DNA of 64,000 nt. Source: the human T2T-CHM13v2.0 reference genome, Homo sapiens. The translations under genes were made by a program, and so were the position numbers. Numbering within the stretch: position 1 is the stretch's first letter; each line of letters opens with the position of its first letter. The DNA is taken from assembly GCF_009914755.1 (NCBI RefSeq), contig NC_060938.1; one strand, 5' to 3'. Positions 11,649 to 60,770 of this stretch are shown piece by piece. The notes below the pieces were generated by a model. That model ran no database searches and was not told the origin of the DNA. It worked only from the letters and a program-made list of their open reading frames with translations.

Positions 11649-13772
11649 GTTCTCTGATCTAGGGGACGCATCCTGGAGAAACTTAGTTACATGCAGTCTT
11701 AGTGGCAGGAGGGCCAGGGGAAAAGCACAGAGCGGTATGGGGGAGTTGAGAGAGACTGGGAGGGTGGCCTCCTGGAGAAGGTCGGGGGCTGGACTGCATG
11801 TGTCTGGGTAGGCTCAGCCATGGCCTGGCTGGGTGGGCCTAGGGGAACGTAGAGCTTCTGAGGCACAATAGGCCAGTGTGGAGAGCAGAGTGGCAGGCAG
11901 GGCTGGGGGCTGCAGGTCGAGGCTGGTCAACCCTTTTACCTGGCGGGCAAGGCTAGTACCAGGTGCCCTTGCTACTTAGCTTGGAAAGATTAGTGAGCAT
12001 CATAATGGACCGGCAAGTTTGTAAGCAAATGACATCTATAATACATATACTTTAACATTAATGTTTTGAAAACTTTGTTTTCACAAATAAGTAATTTCCC
12101 ACATTTTGCCACAGTTATGTTCTATGAAGCTAACCCAAGTGTGGCTAGAACGCCAGTTCATCCATCTCTCAAATTGTCTGCTGCCGGCGTTCATTCCTGT
12201 TTGCTTCTAGCTGTAAAGTCAGGCTAGGAGTCTGTCAGCTCATGTGCCTGTCAGCTTCATGCAGGCAGCAAGAACGGGGCTCGGAAGCAAGGGCTCCGCC
12301 CGCCCACCCAGCAACTACCTCCCCAGGATGCCCAGGAGCTCAGGGGTGGAAGGAATTTGGCTCTTATTTTTCTAAGTAGCAAAAATAGATGAATTGGGTA
12401 CAGGAACGCAGTGTATTTTTGAGGGAGCTGGTGAGTTGTGAAAGAAACTTCCTCTGTTCACCTGAGGCTTACCGTATCGTGAGAAAGGATGGAGGAGGCA
12501 TGGAGGTGGGAAACTCTACACAAGAAAAATCCTATAGTGCAGCAGCTACTGATGTGAGGCGGCTGGTCTAGGCAGCGGTGTTCCCTGAGGCTCCTGAGTC
12601 TGGTTCTCACTGGGTCCCTCACCTCCCTTCACAGCCACTCCCTTCCTTACCAAGGTACATGGGAGTACAGGGCTGGCCAGGGGCTGTTGACAGTGGGGGA
12701 GTGGTGCAGGCTGAGCCTTAGAGACAGGAAGGGCATCTGTGCTGGAGCTGCCCTGCAGAAGCCTCGTAAAGGTCGTAAGGCACTGGGCAAAAACTTTTCC
12801 AAGAAAGTTCATGGTGCACACGCTGACCTAAACACTGGCCGACATTCCCAAGGTTTTTTTCATTATGGAAGTGCATGGCCATTGCATGGTATCCAGAAAA
12901 CAAAGACCAGAGAAGCCAGACTTTATACCACCATCTGGAAACATTTAATTTGTGCTTTAGGTAAGTGTTAGCAAATATTTAGGATGATTGATCAAATCAT
13001 TAGTGTGTTTATGAGTGCATGGTGTAATTTTTACTAAAGCTCACATTTCTTCAGGAACTCGATTCAACTCCTTTACATTCCTGGTTATTTTCATTTACTT
13101 GATCTTGAGGTCTCATCTGGCAGAGCTGTGCAAGCTGGGACCTTTGTGGCTTATTTTGAGGAGCTGTTTACTTTACCTGTTGATGGGAACTTGCAGGTGG
13201 GAGGCAGCCAGTCTTAAAGAGTACCTTGTTAGCAAGTGTGGAAGAGAGTCCGCGCAGACAGACTTGCCCTATGTGGTGTCCCCTCTGCCAGCCCAGCCCT
13301 TGGGCACATTGGCACCTACCTGAACCCGAGCCCCCTCATGCACACAGGGAGCCGCACCTCCCTCACACGCTCCTCACCAGTGTGACATGGTGTGACGTGC
13401 TCTGTGGGTCCACAACGGGCCCACTCCACAGCTCTGTGCACAGCATGCTGGGTCAGGGTGGTGCTAGATTAATAAGATGAGGGTGAATGTCAAAACTGAG
13501 CACTTTGAGTACTGTGGGCACACTGTCACAGGGTTTACCCAGGAAGGAACAACCCCTGGGCTCCAGAAGCAGGTTGACCAGGCCAGTCTGAGTTGTAGCA
13601 TTGAGACTCATCTAGCGGAAGTCAATGAGGAAGGAAAACTGGCTGAGAACAGCTGTTGTTTCAGTTAAAATCTCAGAATGATGCATTGAATTCAAAGTTA
13701 CAACACAGCAAAATAGTATATGTATTTTTTTAAACCTCAAAAATACTGTATTATTAACTTTAAAACATTTTT

Positions 13773-14180
<408 letters not shown>

Positions 14181-14448
14181 TTTATTAAGTATACTTTTTA
14201 GGAAGTTTTTTGAATAATAATATCAATAGTTACTATGTGTTTGGGTAAAATAGAAAGGATGGAAGCATATTTGATCATGTTTTGTTCCCAACACATATTA
14301 AAGTTGGGAAGGATTCTTGTGTTGCCTAAAACTGAAAGACAGCAGGTCTCAGGCACTTTTGCTTTCCCAAAGCTGTGTTTGTTTCCTTGCATGAGAGGAT
14401 ATGATGGCACTCTACTGTTTTTTCCCGACAGAACTCCTCTTTCCTAAA

Positions 14449-50031
<35,583 letters not shown>

Positions 50032-50381
50032 TAAGTAGCTGGGGAGGTGGATTTAGCAGAAGGCAACTCCTCTGGGGGATTTGAACCGGTCTGTCTTCAC
50101 TGAGGTCCTCGCGCTCAGAAAAGGACCTTGTGAGACGGAGGAAGCGGCAGAAGGCGGACGCGTGCCGGCGGGAGGAGCCACGCGTGAGCACACCTGACAC
50201 GTTTTATAATAGACTAGCCACACTTCACTCTGAAGAATTATTTATCCTTCAACAAGATAAATATTGCTGTCAGAGAAGGTTTTCATTTTCATTTTTAAAG
50301 ATCTAGTTAATTAAGGTGGAAAACATATATGCTAAACAAAAGAAACATGATTTTTCTTCCTTAAACTTGAACACCAAAAAA

Positions 50382-50399
50382 ACACACACACACACACAC
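50382..50399. repeat. (AC)n microsatellite in 3'UTR
   Basis: acacacacacacacacac. Confidence 0.9.
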
Positions 50400-52492
50400 G
50401 TGGGGATAGCTGGACATGTCAGCATGTTAAGTAAAAGGAGAATTTATGAAATAGTAATGCAATTCTGATATCTTCTTTCTAAAATTCAAGAGTGCAATTT
50501 TGTTTCAAATACAGTATATTGTCTATTTTTAAGGCCTCATCTGGTCTCTGTTTTAATAATTTGTTTGTCAGAAGACCCTGAAGTATATACCTAGGTCTTT
50601 TTTTTGAAAGTCTCTAAATTCAGAATCATTTTTTAATTTAAAGTTCTACAAATAATTGTTACTGCAAACATTTTATTTTAAAACGTTGATAGACTGATAT
50701 TTCTTGGAAGAAAATATAAAATATCAAACACTGGTTATCACTTGTGATAGGAAAGAGAATATTCAACCTGTTGTTATTTCTCGTTAGAAATGTAAACCTT
50801 CAAATATCTGTCGTAGTTAATGACACGACTTCACAATTCTGAACGGAGCCTCGCTCATGGATGCTGTGCATCATTTTCAGATTTATAATTGTTTTCACCC
50901 TAAAATAGGGCATCCGTTGAACTTTGGAGTTCTAAACAAAATCCTGTAGGTGTTTGGATTCTGCCCCATGTGTTCGGACGAGCTCTCTGTTGCTGACAGC
51001 ACCGGCCTTCGGTCTCCATGTCAGGGGTGGGCGGGTGACTGCTGAGGGAGGCCCGCAGGTGTGTTTCTCCATCCCGTCATCTTGCTGCATGCCGTCAACG
51101 GTCTCCGAAAGCAACGTTGTGCGTAGAGCTGGTGGCATACGGCCCACGTGCCTTAGATGGGACATGCTGCTTCTCCACCCTGGGTTTGCATTGAGCATCA
51201 TTCTAGAAAGTGCTAGTTTAACCAGACTTTTCTCTCCACCACTAGATCTTTGTCTCTACAAGGGCCCTCAGACACCTCTGCACCTGCTGAGGGGAAGCCA
51301 GGCTCCACCGTCGGCTTCTGGAGCCTCCGCTGCTTAATTACCACAGATTCCAAATCTCTAGGCCCCACGAGTGAGCCGCCTGGTCCAAGTACGGCCTGGT
51401 CCCACCCTGAGGGAGGCAGGTGTGGAACAGAAGCCGAGCCTCTCCGTGTCCCCACCGGGGCCGTGGGCACCCCCACAGCCCGAAGCAGAACCCTCTGAGC
51501 ATTCCAGAGACCGCTGCTCGGGGGCCTGCCCAGGCTGACCAACGGGCGCTCCTGACCACCACCCTGGCGGGAAGGGTGGCCACGGGGCCCGTCGTCCCAG
51601 CCTGTGCCTGCCCAGATGGCATTTTCTCAACTCACTGTTTACTGTCTCTCAGTGTCCAACTGTGATTAGAAGCCTGGAGCCTGCCCCCTGCACCCCTTTT
51701 GCTATGCACCACGCTTCATGGTGCTCTTACCACTGATGGGTGCTACACGCGACGGGTGCTTCTTAGGCAAAACCAATGTGTGCGAACTGTCACACCTGTG
51801 CCACTCGCCCACAAGCCGCGCCCACAATTGGCCAGCTGGGCCGTGCACGTCAGACTGCCTGCCTCGGCTCTCCCCGTGGCCGCGCGGGGACAGCTTGGTG
51901 GGTGCCCGGTGGCCCACCTGTCTCTGGTGCTGCCATCTGTCCTGGGTGTGCCTTCGCCCCAGTGCCTGCTGGAAGTGCCCTCCGTCGCACCCCTGTGCCC
52001 TGAGCTCCCGTGAGGGGCCCGCCGCGCCCTTTCGCGGTCGAAGCGTTCCGTTGTTCTTATCTGCCTTTCCTTTCCCCGCTCTCCTGGGATTACTTTGGGG
52101 GAATGAGTATCCTTGGTTCTGCCCTGTGAGGGAGTCGTGTGTCCCTGCTCATAAAGGAAGGACTTCCTGCAGAAGCTGCGGAAAACTACTGTTCCCTCGA
52201 AGGTGTCCCCCACCTGAGGCCTGTCCCCTACCTGCCCTCAGGTAGTTTTCCTGAGGCCAGGGGTTAACAACAGGGACATCCCTGCAACTTCCCCTTCACA
52301 AAATGTATAATATTAGATGAAGGATATGCAACATCTTGGTCTAGTAAGAACCGTTTCCTCCCCTCTGGGTTGAAGTCCTGGTGTGGCCCCCAGAAGCAGC
52401 AGTGCGTGTCACTGGGACGTCTCCAGTAGCCCTTCCCAGGCAGACGCTCCTGGCGGGACGCCATGGGGCCCACCTGAGGGTCCCACAGACGT

Positions 52493-52610
52493 AACCTGAG
52501 TGACAGGAGTCCTTGAGGATGGGATGGCCTATGTCACACACTTTGTCCTTGAACCTGAGTGATGGGGGTCCTTGAGGATGGGATGGCCTGTGTCACGCGC
52601 TTTGTCTTTG
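52493..52610. repeat. 59-bp tandem duplication in 3'UTR
   Basis: aacctgagtga..gtccttgaggatgggatggcct.tgtcac..ctttgtc.ttg twice (52493-52551, 52552-52610). Confidence 0.9.
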
Positions 52611-55600
52611 TGTTTGGTTGTATCGGGGTCTCTGTTCTGAGTGTGTCTTCCTCTCATGTACTCAACACAGTGGGCAGCAGCCTGGGACGGCGTCCCCTCT
52701 CCCGGCGGCGGGCAAGCCTTGCGCTGCTCCACCCTCGGCCTGGGCACCCTCACTTGGCGCTGGCCACCTGGGCCAGCCTGGGGCCATGGTCTCTCTGCAG
52801 CTGAGGCCCAGTGGCCCCTTGGGCAGTGATCGGCCCTCCCCGCATCACAGGGCCCTGGCAGCAAGCGGGAAATGGGGGCGCACACTGTGTGCTTGGGGGT
52901 GCTGCTTGTTTACCACACATGACCAGACTCCCAGCAGGACAGAGCTGCTCAGTACTTTACAGAAACCAACTGAGTCGTTTGTGCATGAATTAAGCCGGTC
53001 TGCTTCCCCGTCACCTTCGTAACAAAACAACGTCCCCTCTCCCCTCGCCTCGAGCAGTTTCTTCAGGACACCGTGGCTCGGGCTGCTCCCTGCTGCCAGG
53101 CACGCTGGTTGGCTGGCCTGGGCCCGGCTCACGTGAAGGGCACTGGCTCTTGTGACCACACTGAGCCACGTGCAAGCCGCAGCCGGGCCTGGAAGCCTGA
53201 CCCTCTGGTTCTAGGGCTTGTCCCGCGGAGCCTGCAGAGCTAGACGTTGGGGTGTGTCCGTGATGATATGGGGGCCAGGCTGGGAGTAGGGCCTTTCTAG
53301 CAGGGTTGGGTGGCTCAGTGAGGGTGTGGAAGTGGGGGACCCACGGGGCCTGGCTTTGGGACTAGACATGCCAGCCCCAGCTGGGCTGGAGGGAGCCTGA
53401 GTGAGCCCCGACATACGCTGGGCCTTTCAGCTCGCCGTGCTCTGGTGACACACAGGCGGCCAGGTTGGGATTTGTGTCAATTCTAGGAGCCATCAAGCAT
53501 GAAAGTGGTTCTGTCTCCTGAGCGCAAGCCTCGCCGGACCCCTGGGCGAAGGCCTGGACTTGCAGATGTGTGTTCCCTGTGCGGGTGGACAGAGGGGGCC
53601 CTTATGACCCACATTGCAGCCCCATTCCACCACCCCTTCCTCCCCAGAGCAGTCTCTGCCGAGGGACAGCACCTGTGTCCCTTCGATGCCACAACAGCCA
53701 GTTGAACAGGGGAGCCCTTTGCTCAGGCAGCTTCTCCTGCCTCTCCCTCCTTTCTCCTTCCCTGCCCCATCCCCGTGCCCTTCTTGGCCTGTGGCGCTGG
53801 GGAGCCATGGTGTGGCATACTGGGGCTCCTGCTCCTTGGGCCACTTCCTCAGCCCGGGCCCCACAGGCCCACCACCTGCCAGGGCTCCCACTGCACTGGC
53901 TGTGGCAGGAGGCTTCCCCATGACCCCGTGTGGCCCAGCTCGGTGAGGATGCAGTTCTAGGCACAGCCCCTGGGACAGCCAGCTGCCTCCCAGACCACGT
54001 CAGCCTGCTCCAGGGTCCTCAGTCACCCTGGGCCAGGGGCCACGTGTCCCATGGATGTCGACCATGCCAACGTCACATTCCAGCACCCCTTTTGCTTGAT
54101 GGCGTCTGGTGGTAGTCAGCATGGTGGACCCACATCCTACAGCCAGAGGTGATGTTGGACAAAGGAAGGGGAGTCTGGATGGGTCCTTAAACGACCATTC
54201 TGTCCGCAGCGGGGTCATTCCTTGTCAGCCCAAGGGAGGGCCGGGGAGTACACTGATCCCAACAGCTGGGCTGACACCTCCTTTCTCCCCTGCACGGGGA
54301 GGATTGGCCTGAGGACCGTCACCCTGTGCACAGCCCCAGTAGGGTGGCAGTGCCACTGTCTCCTTGGGCCGTTGCAGGATTGGGCGGGTGCAGACTCCCC
54401 TTGCGGGCCCCTTGCTCAATCCCCGGCCCTCCCAGACTCCTCCCTCTACTGGGGGTAATTTGTGTGTCAGAAGGGCTCTGGCAGAGCTGTAAAATACTGT
54501 TTTTTAAAAATTTTAGTCCAGATCTTTACTTATTAGACTGCAGAAGGAGAGCTAGGGAGAGTGGGGGAAGCCCCCTTGCTTTTGTATCTGTGAGGTGAAT
54601 GAGGGTCTGTCACCCAAATCTACTTCTCAGCCCATGACCATAGTTCTGTTTTCCGTTTGCAAATCTCAGTAGCTCTGTTTTCTCCAAAGTAGAATGTGCG
54701 CACCGGGGTCCTAGCCAGGCGAGGTCAGTGTCGGCAGGCTACCTGGTCATTATTGCTGCCTCGTCCAGGCTGATGCTGATGGTCACAGGCACGGTGGCAT
54801 CAGGGAGCCGGGCCAGCAGGCGGCGTGAGGCGGGGCCAGCAGCTCACTGCAAGGGCATTTTCCACCTGATCCTGGTGTGCCCCACATGCGGTGGCAGGGC
54901 AGACGTGTGAAGCCTCGGCCGTCTCGGGGCTGGCAGGTGTGCGGGTGAGGAGGCCCCGGTGGCCAAGCAGAGCCTGCGTTTCATTTCTCCTGCTGCACTG
55001 TGTCTAGTCTGTCTTGTGAACTCTCACCGTGAAAAGAGGCTAGAAGTCCAGGATCGCTGTACCGCTCCTGTAATTAGGTGATGACTGGATTTGACAACTT
55101 AGTCCCCTCAGACAAGTAAGATACCCTCCAACAGCAAATTCAATGACTTAATTGGAAAACACACAAGCTGGCATGATGTCCGGTGATTTCTGTAAGAAAT
55201 GCCTGTAGGAGAAGGTCTGTGAAGTGTGGAGGGCAGTGTCGACGCTGCACAGCATCTGCAGATTCGCAGCCTCTTCTCTGCCGGTGCCTCTGTTCGGTTC
55301 TGTTACCCAAAAACAAAGACCAAAGAAGGCCAATCTCTCATTTGACCCTGTCTTTTTAATCTGCCTGTTTTAAAAGTTGCGTCTGTAGTAGCCGCTTGCT
55401 GTGAAGACACATCTTGACAGTCCAAGTGATTTTGTGACCAGTGATTTGGGTCCTGTTTTCCGCTCTTCTAAGAAAAAACAAAAAGACCGTGAGTTATTGC
55501 CCAGCAATAATCATGTTGTTACTGTGAGTTAGCAACATGCCTGACTTCCTGATAGCATTACTGTTTTCTAGTTTTGTTTATTGTATATTATGTGTGGTTT

Positions 55601-55723
55601 TATTTGGTATTTATTTGTGTTTTGAGGTCTTGCAATGTTTTTGTGTTTCTGATGCTAATAACTAAAGTTTGTAAGACTGTAGAATGCAAAACTCGGAGAT
55701 GCTAAACTGTCTTATTAGAGGAA

Positions 55724-55729
55724 AATAAA
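55724..55729 (+). terminator. Polyadenylation signal AATAAA (distal TRAF3 site, cleavage ~55745-55750)
   Basis: gaaAATAAAtctgattatggagtctca; upstream TGTA motifs and T-rich tract 55560-55690. Confidence 0.85.
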
Positions 55730-57007
55730 TCTGATTATGGAGTCTCAGTCTCTGATCACACCGTCTCTTGCAGGCTGGGCCCCAGGTGAGTGGCTTCCCT
55801 CCTGCCGGACTCCCCGGGCTGTCCTCTCAGTGGCTGGGCCCAGTATGGCCGCCTGGCCAAGACCTGTGTGGCCAGAGGCCCGTGCTTGGTTTGCTGCCCT
55901 CTGTCACCGTCTTGAAATACTTTGCAATTCTCAGCGAGGGGCCTGCCGTCGCCTTTTCCACTTTGCTTACAGTTTTGCCTGCGGCCTTTAACCTGAAGGG
56001 AATCCCAGGGGCCAGGCTCGCAAATCTGTGTCTTGGTCCAGAGCAGATAAGGCGGAGCTCTGACCTCCTGCCCGGACACGTGCCCGCCATCTGGCATGGT
56101 GGAAAGGGCGTGCTGGACCCACAGGCCTGGGGTCAGTCTCAGCTCCACGACTTCGTGGGACTTTGGAATCTTCGAGCCTCAGTTTCCTCCTCTGTCCGTT
56201 GGAAGGACAGCACCTCCTTCCACGCCGAAACAAGGTGGTTAATGAGGAGTGACACCAGTGCTGATGTGCAGGCGGCTGCAGGGTCTGGGCAGTGTCCTTC
56301 TGGCAGCTGCTCGTGGCAGTTAAGGGCTCCTGGGCTGTCACCGCCACCATGGCCTGCCTTCCATTTCTCCAGGAAGTTGTTTGGGTCAGGCCTGGTAGCA
56401 GGAAGCCCTGCATCTCCCCCAAAATTATCAGATGGGGAGAACCGCTCAGCCCTCCCCCACTGTCCTGCCACTCCCAGGGTCCCCTGCAGCCACCACAGCG
56501 CCCTGCTCAGTCCCTCCCCATCCTTCAAGGCACTGCATGGGGCCACATCCAGAACAGATGCCATCGGTCCCCACGTGTGGCCCACTGAGCAGGGAGGAGT
56601 GGACCTAGGAGCAGCACCCCAGGGTCCTCCCTCAGGGTCTCAGGGCCTCTCCTGAGGGTCCCTTGCCAGCGCAGCACCAGCCCCGCCCTCTCTGCGGGCC
56701 CACACCACCCCTGCCGTGCCCTGGCTGGTGGCAGTAGTGGGGCGCTGGAATCCTGGGACTGGCAGCCTCCACCCCACACACGATGGGGAGCCTGTGGTAC
56801 CTTGGCTCCCGGGAGCTGCCCCAGGACACAGCCTTGCTGGTCCTTCCGTCTGGGGGATCCCAAATCCTCACACCCCTGTGGTGGGGGCCTGCGCTCCATC
56901 CATCTCCCTGGGCGCTCAAGCCCAGGGTCCTGCCGCAGCCTTGAGGACACCGGGACACCTATGGAGACCAGGCAGTGTGCAGTTGTCACCGCTGACCGCA
57001 AGTGTGA

Positions 57008-57642
<635 letters not shown>

Positions 57643-60315
57643 TGGATTCTTGCACCCTCCTGGGAGTCCTACAGGAGAGGAGATGGGCGGCAAACCCCAA
57701 GACCTGCTGGACTGGCCTGGGCTGAGGGTGCTGGTGGGGACATCTGCAGAGCTGGCCTCAGATCATGCAGCAAGAAACGGCGGGGGGGAGGAAGGGGAGC
57801 TTCTGAGCTGCTCCCCCCAGGGCATTGGGCAGGGACTCCCTGCCCCCAGCCTGACGTCCAGACCTCAAGGGGGTTGGAGGGACTGAGTCCAGCCCTCAGG
57901 TGCACACCGGGCCATCACCTGGCTCCGTCCTGCTGTGGGGCAGCCCAGATCTTGCAGGGAATTGGGAACCAGGGGTGTCACAGTCTAGGCCTAGGGAAGG
58001 AGGAGGCCGTGGCCCTCGCCTGCCTCCCCTCAGCTCAGGGGGCTGCTCTGTTCTGGCCCAGATGAGTGATGCCGGAAGGGGAGCGGTGCAGAGCAGGGAG
58101 GCACACGCTCAGAGCCCTCCGTGGCCCTGACTCTGCACTGCAGCAGCCCCCACGCCCAAGAGTCAACCCAGCATCCAAACCAGGGAAGAGTCTGGACTGA
58201 AAGCGCAACCGTACTTGGTGAGAGGCCGGTAATCTCGAGTTCTGGTAAGGAAAGCAAGGCCTGGGGCGGAGGCTGGGGCTCGGCTGCTGGGCTGGATCAG
58301 GCGGCACACCCGGCTCACACTGCCCTGCAGTCCTGTGGGAGACAGCGGCACTCGGACCCGCTCACAAGCCCTGCAGGACACCAGTGGAACCACATGGGTG
58401 GAAGCCTAGAAATCAGATTCTGAATTGAAGTCCAGGGGGTTTTCTGTTTTCTGAAAATGAGTAGTTGCATAATCTAACCCTAAAATCAACCATTTCTTGT
58501 TAAAAGACCAGAAGAACCAAAGTGCTGTGCAGGGGAGGTGTCCGCGCCGCCTATGCTTTTTGTCTTAGTTTTTTAATTTTCAAGGTCATCCTTAAAGCCT
58601 CTGCCTTGACCCTGCAGCCACAGGTGACTTGGAGGCTGGAGGCCAGGCCTGGGGTCTGTGTCCTTCAAATAAATGCCTCAGTGCCGCTTGGGGGACTCGG
58701 TCCTGTGCCGGAGTTACTCGATTAGAAGTTAAAGGTGGAGGGGAAAGACACCTGTGGGGCCATCCCAACCCACTTCCTCCACTCAGACCACAGCTTTGAA
58801 TGGGCTCAGTCCCCAGGGACCCCCAGGCCCCAGGGTCAGCCTCGCAGGGCAGAGCTCAGAACCCCCTGCCCAGACCCCAGGGAGCCAAAGGGGCCCAGAT
58901 CTGGGCACAGGGCAGGAAGAGGGCTGGCACCTGCTGGGAGGGGTCTAGGAGCCAGGGGCACAGCTCACATGAGTGCATACCCAGCACCTCTGCTTCATGT
59001 CAAAGGGAGATGATGCTGGCGTCCACCCGAGAGGCCACATGGAAAGCACTCGACATGGACAGGACATCGCCCACAGGAAAAACCCCTGCAAGGGACCTTG
59101 GACCTTGGGGAAGGCGGCTGTGCCCTCCCGGGCTGGGCCTTGCACCCTGGCCTGCAGCCATTCGGCTCGGAGGACTCCCGGCACCCACAGGCACTTGGCT
59201 CCCGCCACTTCCCTGGCCCCTGTGGCACTTGGGGCTCCACAGCTCTCCGACTCCCTGCTGAGGGTTGAGCCGTTTGCAAGCATGTGTCCCCATGTGTGCT
59301 TGAGGGCCGGGGGCACCTGTGCATATGGTCAAGGGCCTTCTGTGCACACATGGCACCTGCAGTGTGGTCCCAGCCGTTCCTCAGCACCCGTGGGCCCAGC
59401 TCCATCTCGGGCGGCCTGCTTGGCGCAGCTCTCGCTGGTCACCTCGTGCCGGGTGACTGCTCTCCATCAGCTGTGCCCGGGCTCCACATACATAGCCCGG
59501 GTCACATCCACTCACGTCCTGGTCCAGCCAGCCTTGCGGGGACTCTGCCCAAGGAGGGACAGTAAGGGTTTTTGAGTACCAAGTCAGTGACCCTGACTGC
59601 CAGCAGCGGCTCCTCTTGACCCGGAGGCCGGTGAACACCTGACAACATTTCCCTCCATACAGCGCAGGGGCAGGGGCAGATTAACCCTCCGTGCGGAAGG
59701 AGGAGTGGAGGTGGAGGCGGGACAGTGGCTGGCCCCTGGTCCAAGTCTTGCAGAGCCCTCCCCATCTGGGGTGGGGTTGAAGCAAGTCACTCAGGGGCAG
59801 CTTCCTAGCTGGTGCTCCCGAGACCCTCAGCTCCCCAACACCCTGATGTCCTCCTCCTTCCTCCCATTGTCCATGGATGGAGAAGGGACCAACGGTTCCT
59901 CCGGGGCTGAGCTCTCGTCTCCTGGTGCTCCTGCTTCCCTACCCCCCAACCCCCAGGCCAGGGCTGCAGCCTGAAGGGGCACTGGGTCCCTGCGCCCTGT
60001 GAGATGGGCGCTGCCACCCTTGCTCTGCAGGTGACGAATGGAGGCGAAGTGAATTGCAGTGTCATATGGCATTTGAGTCCTAGACAGCGCCCAGGACTGG
60101 TCCGACCACCGCTAGATGCCACCAGGGGGGCTCTGCCTGTCCCCCACCCCAGCAGACAGCAGGCCCAGCCCCATCCAAGCTAGGTGGAGACCCCTGGTCC
60201 ATACCCTCCTGGGCTTCCCTCTGAGTTGTATCCAACCCACCCAGCAACAGCTGCTCTCAGCAAGCCTCCTGGCCTCACCTGCACTCTCTTCCCTCCTCTC
60301 CTGCCTCTTGCCTTC

Positions 60316-60770
60316 CTTTTTTTGTGAGACAGATCTTGCTCTCTCGCCCAGGCTGGAGTGCTGTGGCGCAAGCTCAGCTCCCTGCAACCTCTGCCTCCTG
60401 GGTTCCAACAAATCTCCTGCCTCAGCCTCCCAAGTAGCTGGGATTACAGGCACCCATCACCACGCCCAGCTAATTTTTATATTTTTAGTAGAGATGGGGT
60501 TTCACCATGTTGGCCACGCTGATCTCGAACTCCTGACCTCAGGTGATCTGCCTGCCTTGGCCTCCCAAAGTGCTGGGATTACAGGTGTGAGCCACTGTGC
60601 CCAGCCACCTTCCTTTAAAAACAAAAACAAAAAACCCCAAAAACCTGAGGTCTTGCTCTGAGGCCCAGGCTGGGGTAATCGCAGTTCACTGCAGCTTCAA
60701 CCTCCTGGGCTCAAGCAATTCTTCCTCAGCCTCTGCGGCGCCGGGACCACAGGCATGAGCCACTGCACCG
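60316..60770 (-). mobile_element. AluS (60316-60606) plus Alu fragment (~60645-60770)
   Basis: Alu motifs. Confidence 0.88.

Larger units (their letters stand above)
50032..55750 (+). other. TRAF3: TRAF3 long 3'UTR (~5.7 kb)
   Basis: Follows the stop codon, has no Alu, has AU-rich proximal and distal ends, and terminates at an AATAAA preceded by U-rich/UGUA elements. Confidence 0.85.

Noticed and set aside
14401-14448. Upstream in-frame ATG extending the TRAF3 N-terminus
   Set aside because: It lies upstream of the acceptor (exon starts 14432) and overlaps the polypyrimidine tract; the real start at 14449 has a strong Kozak context.
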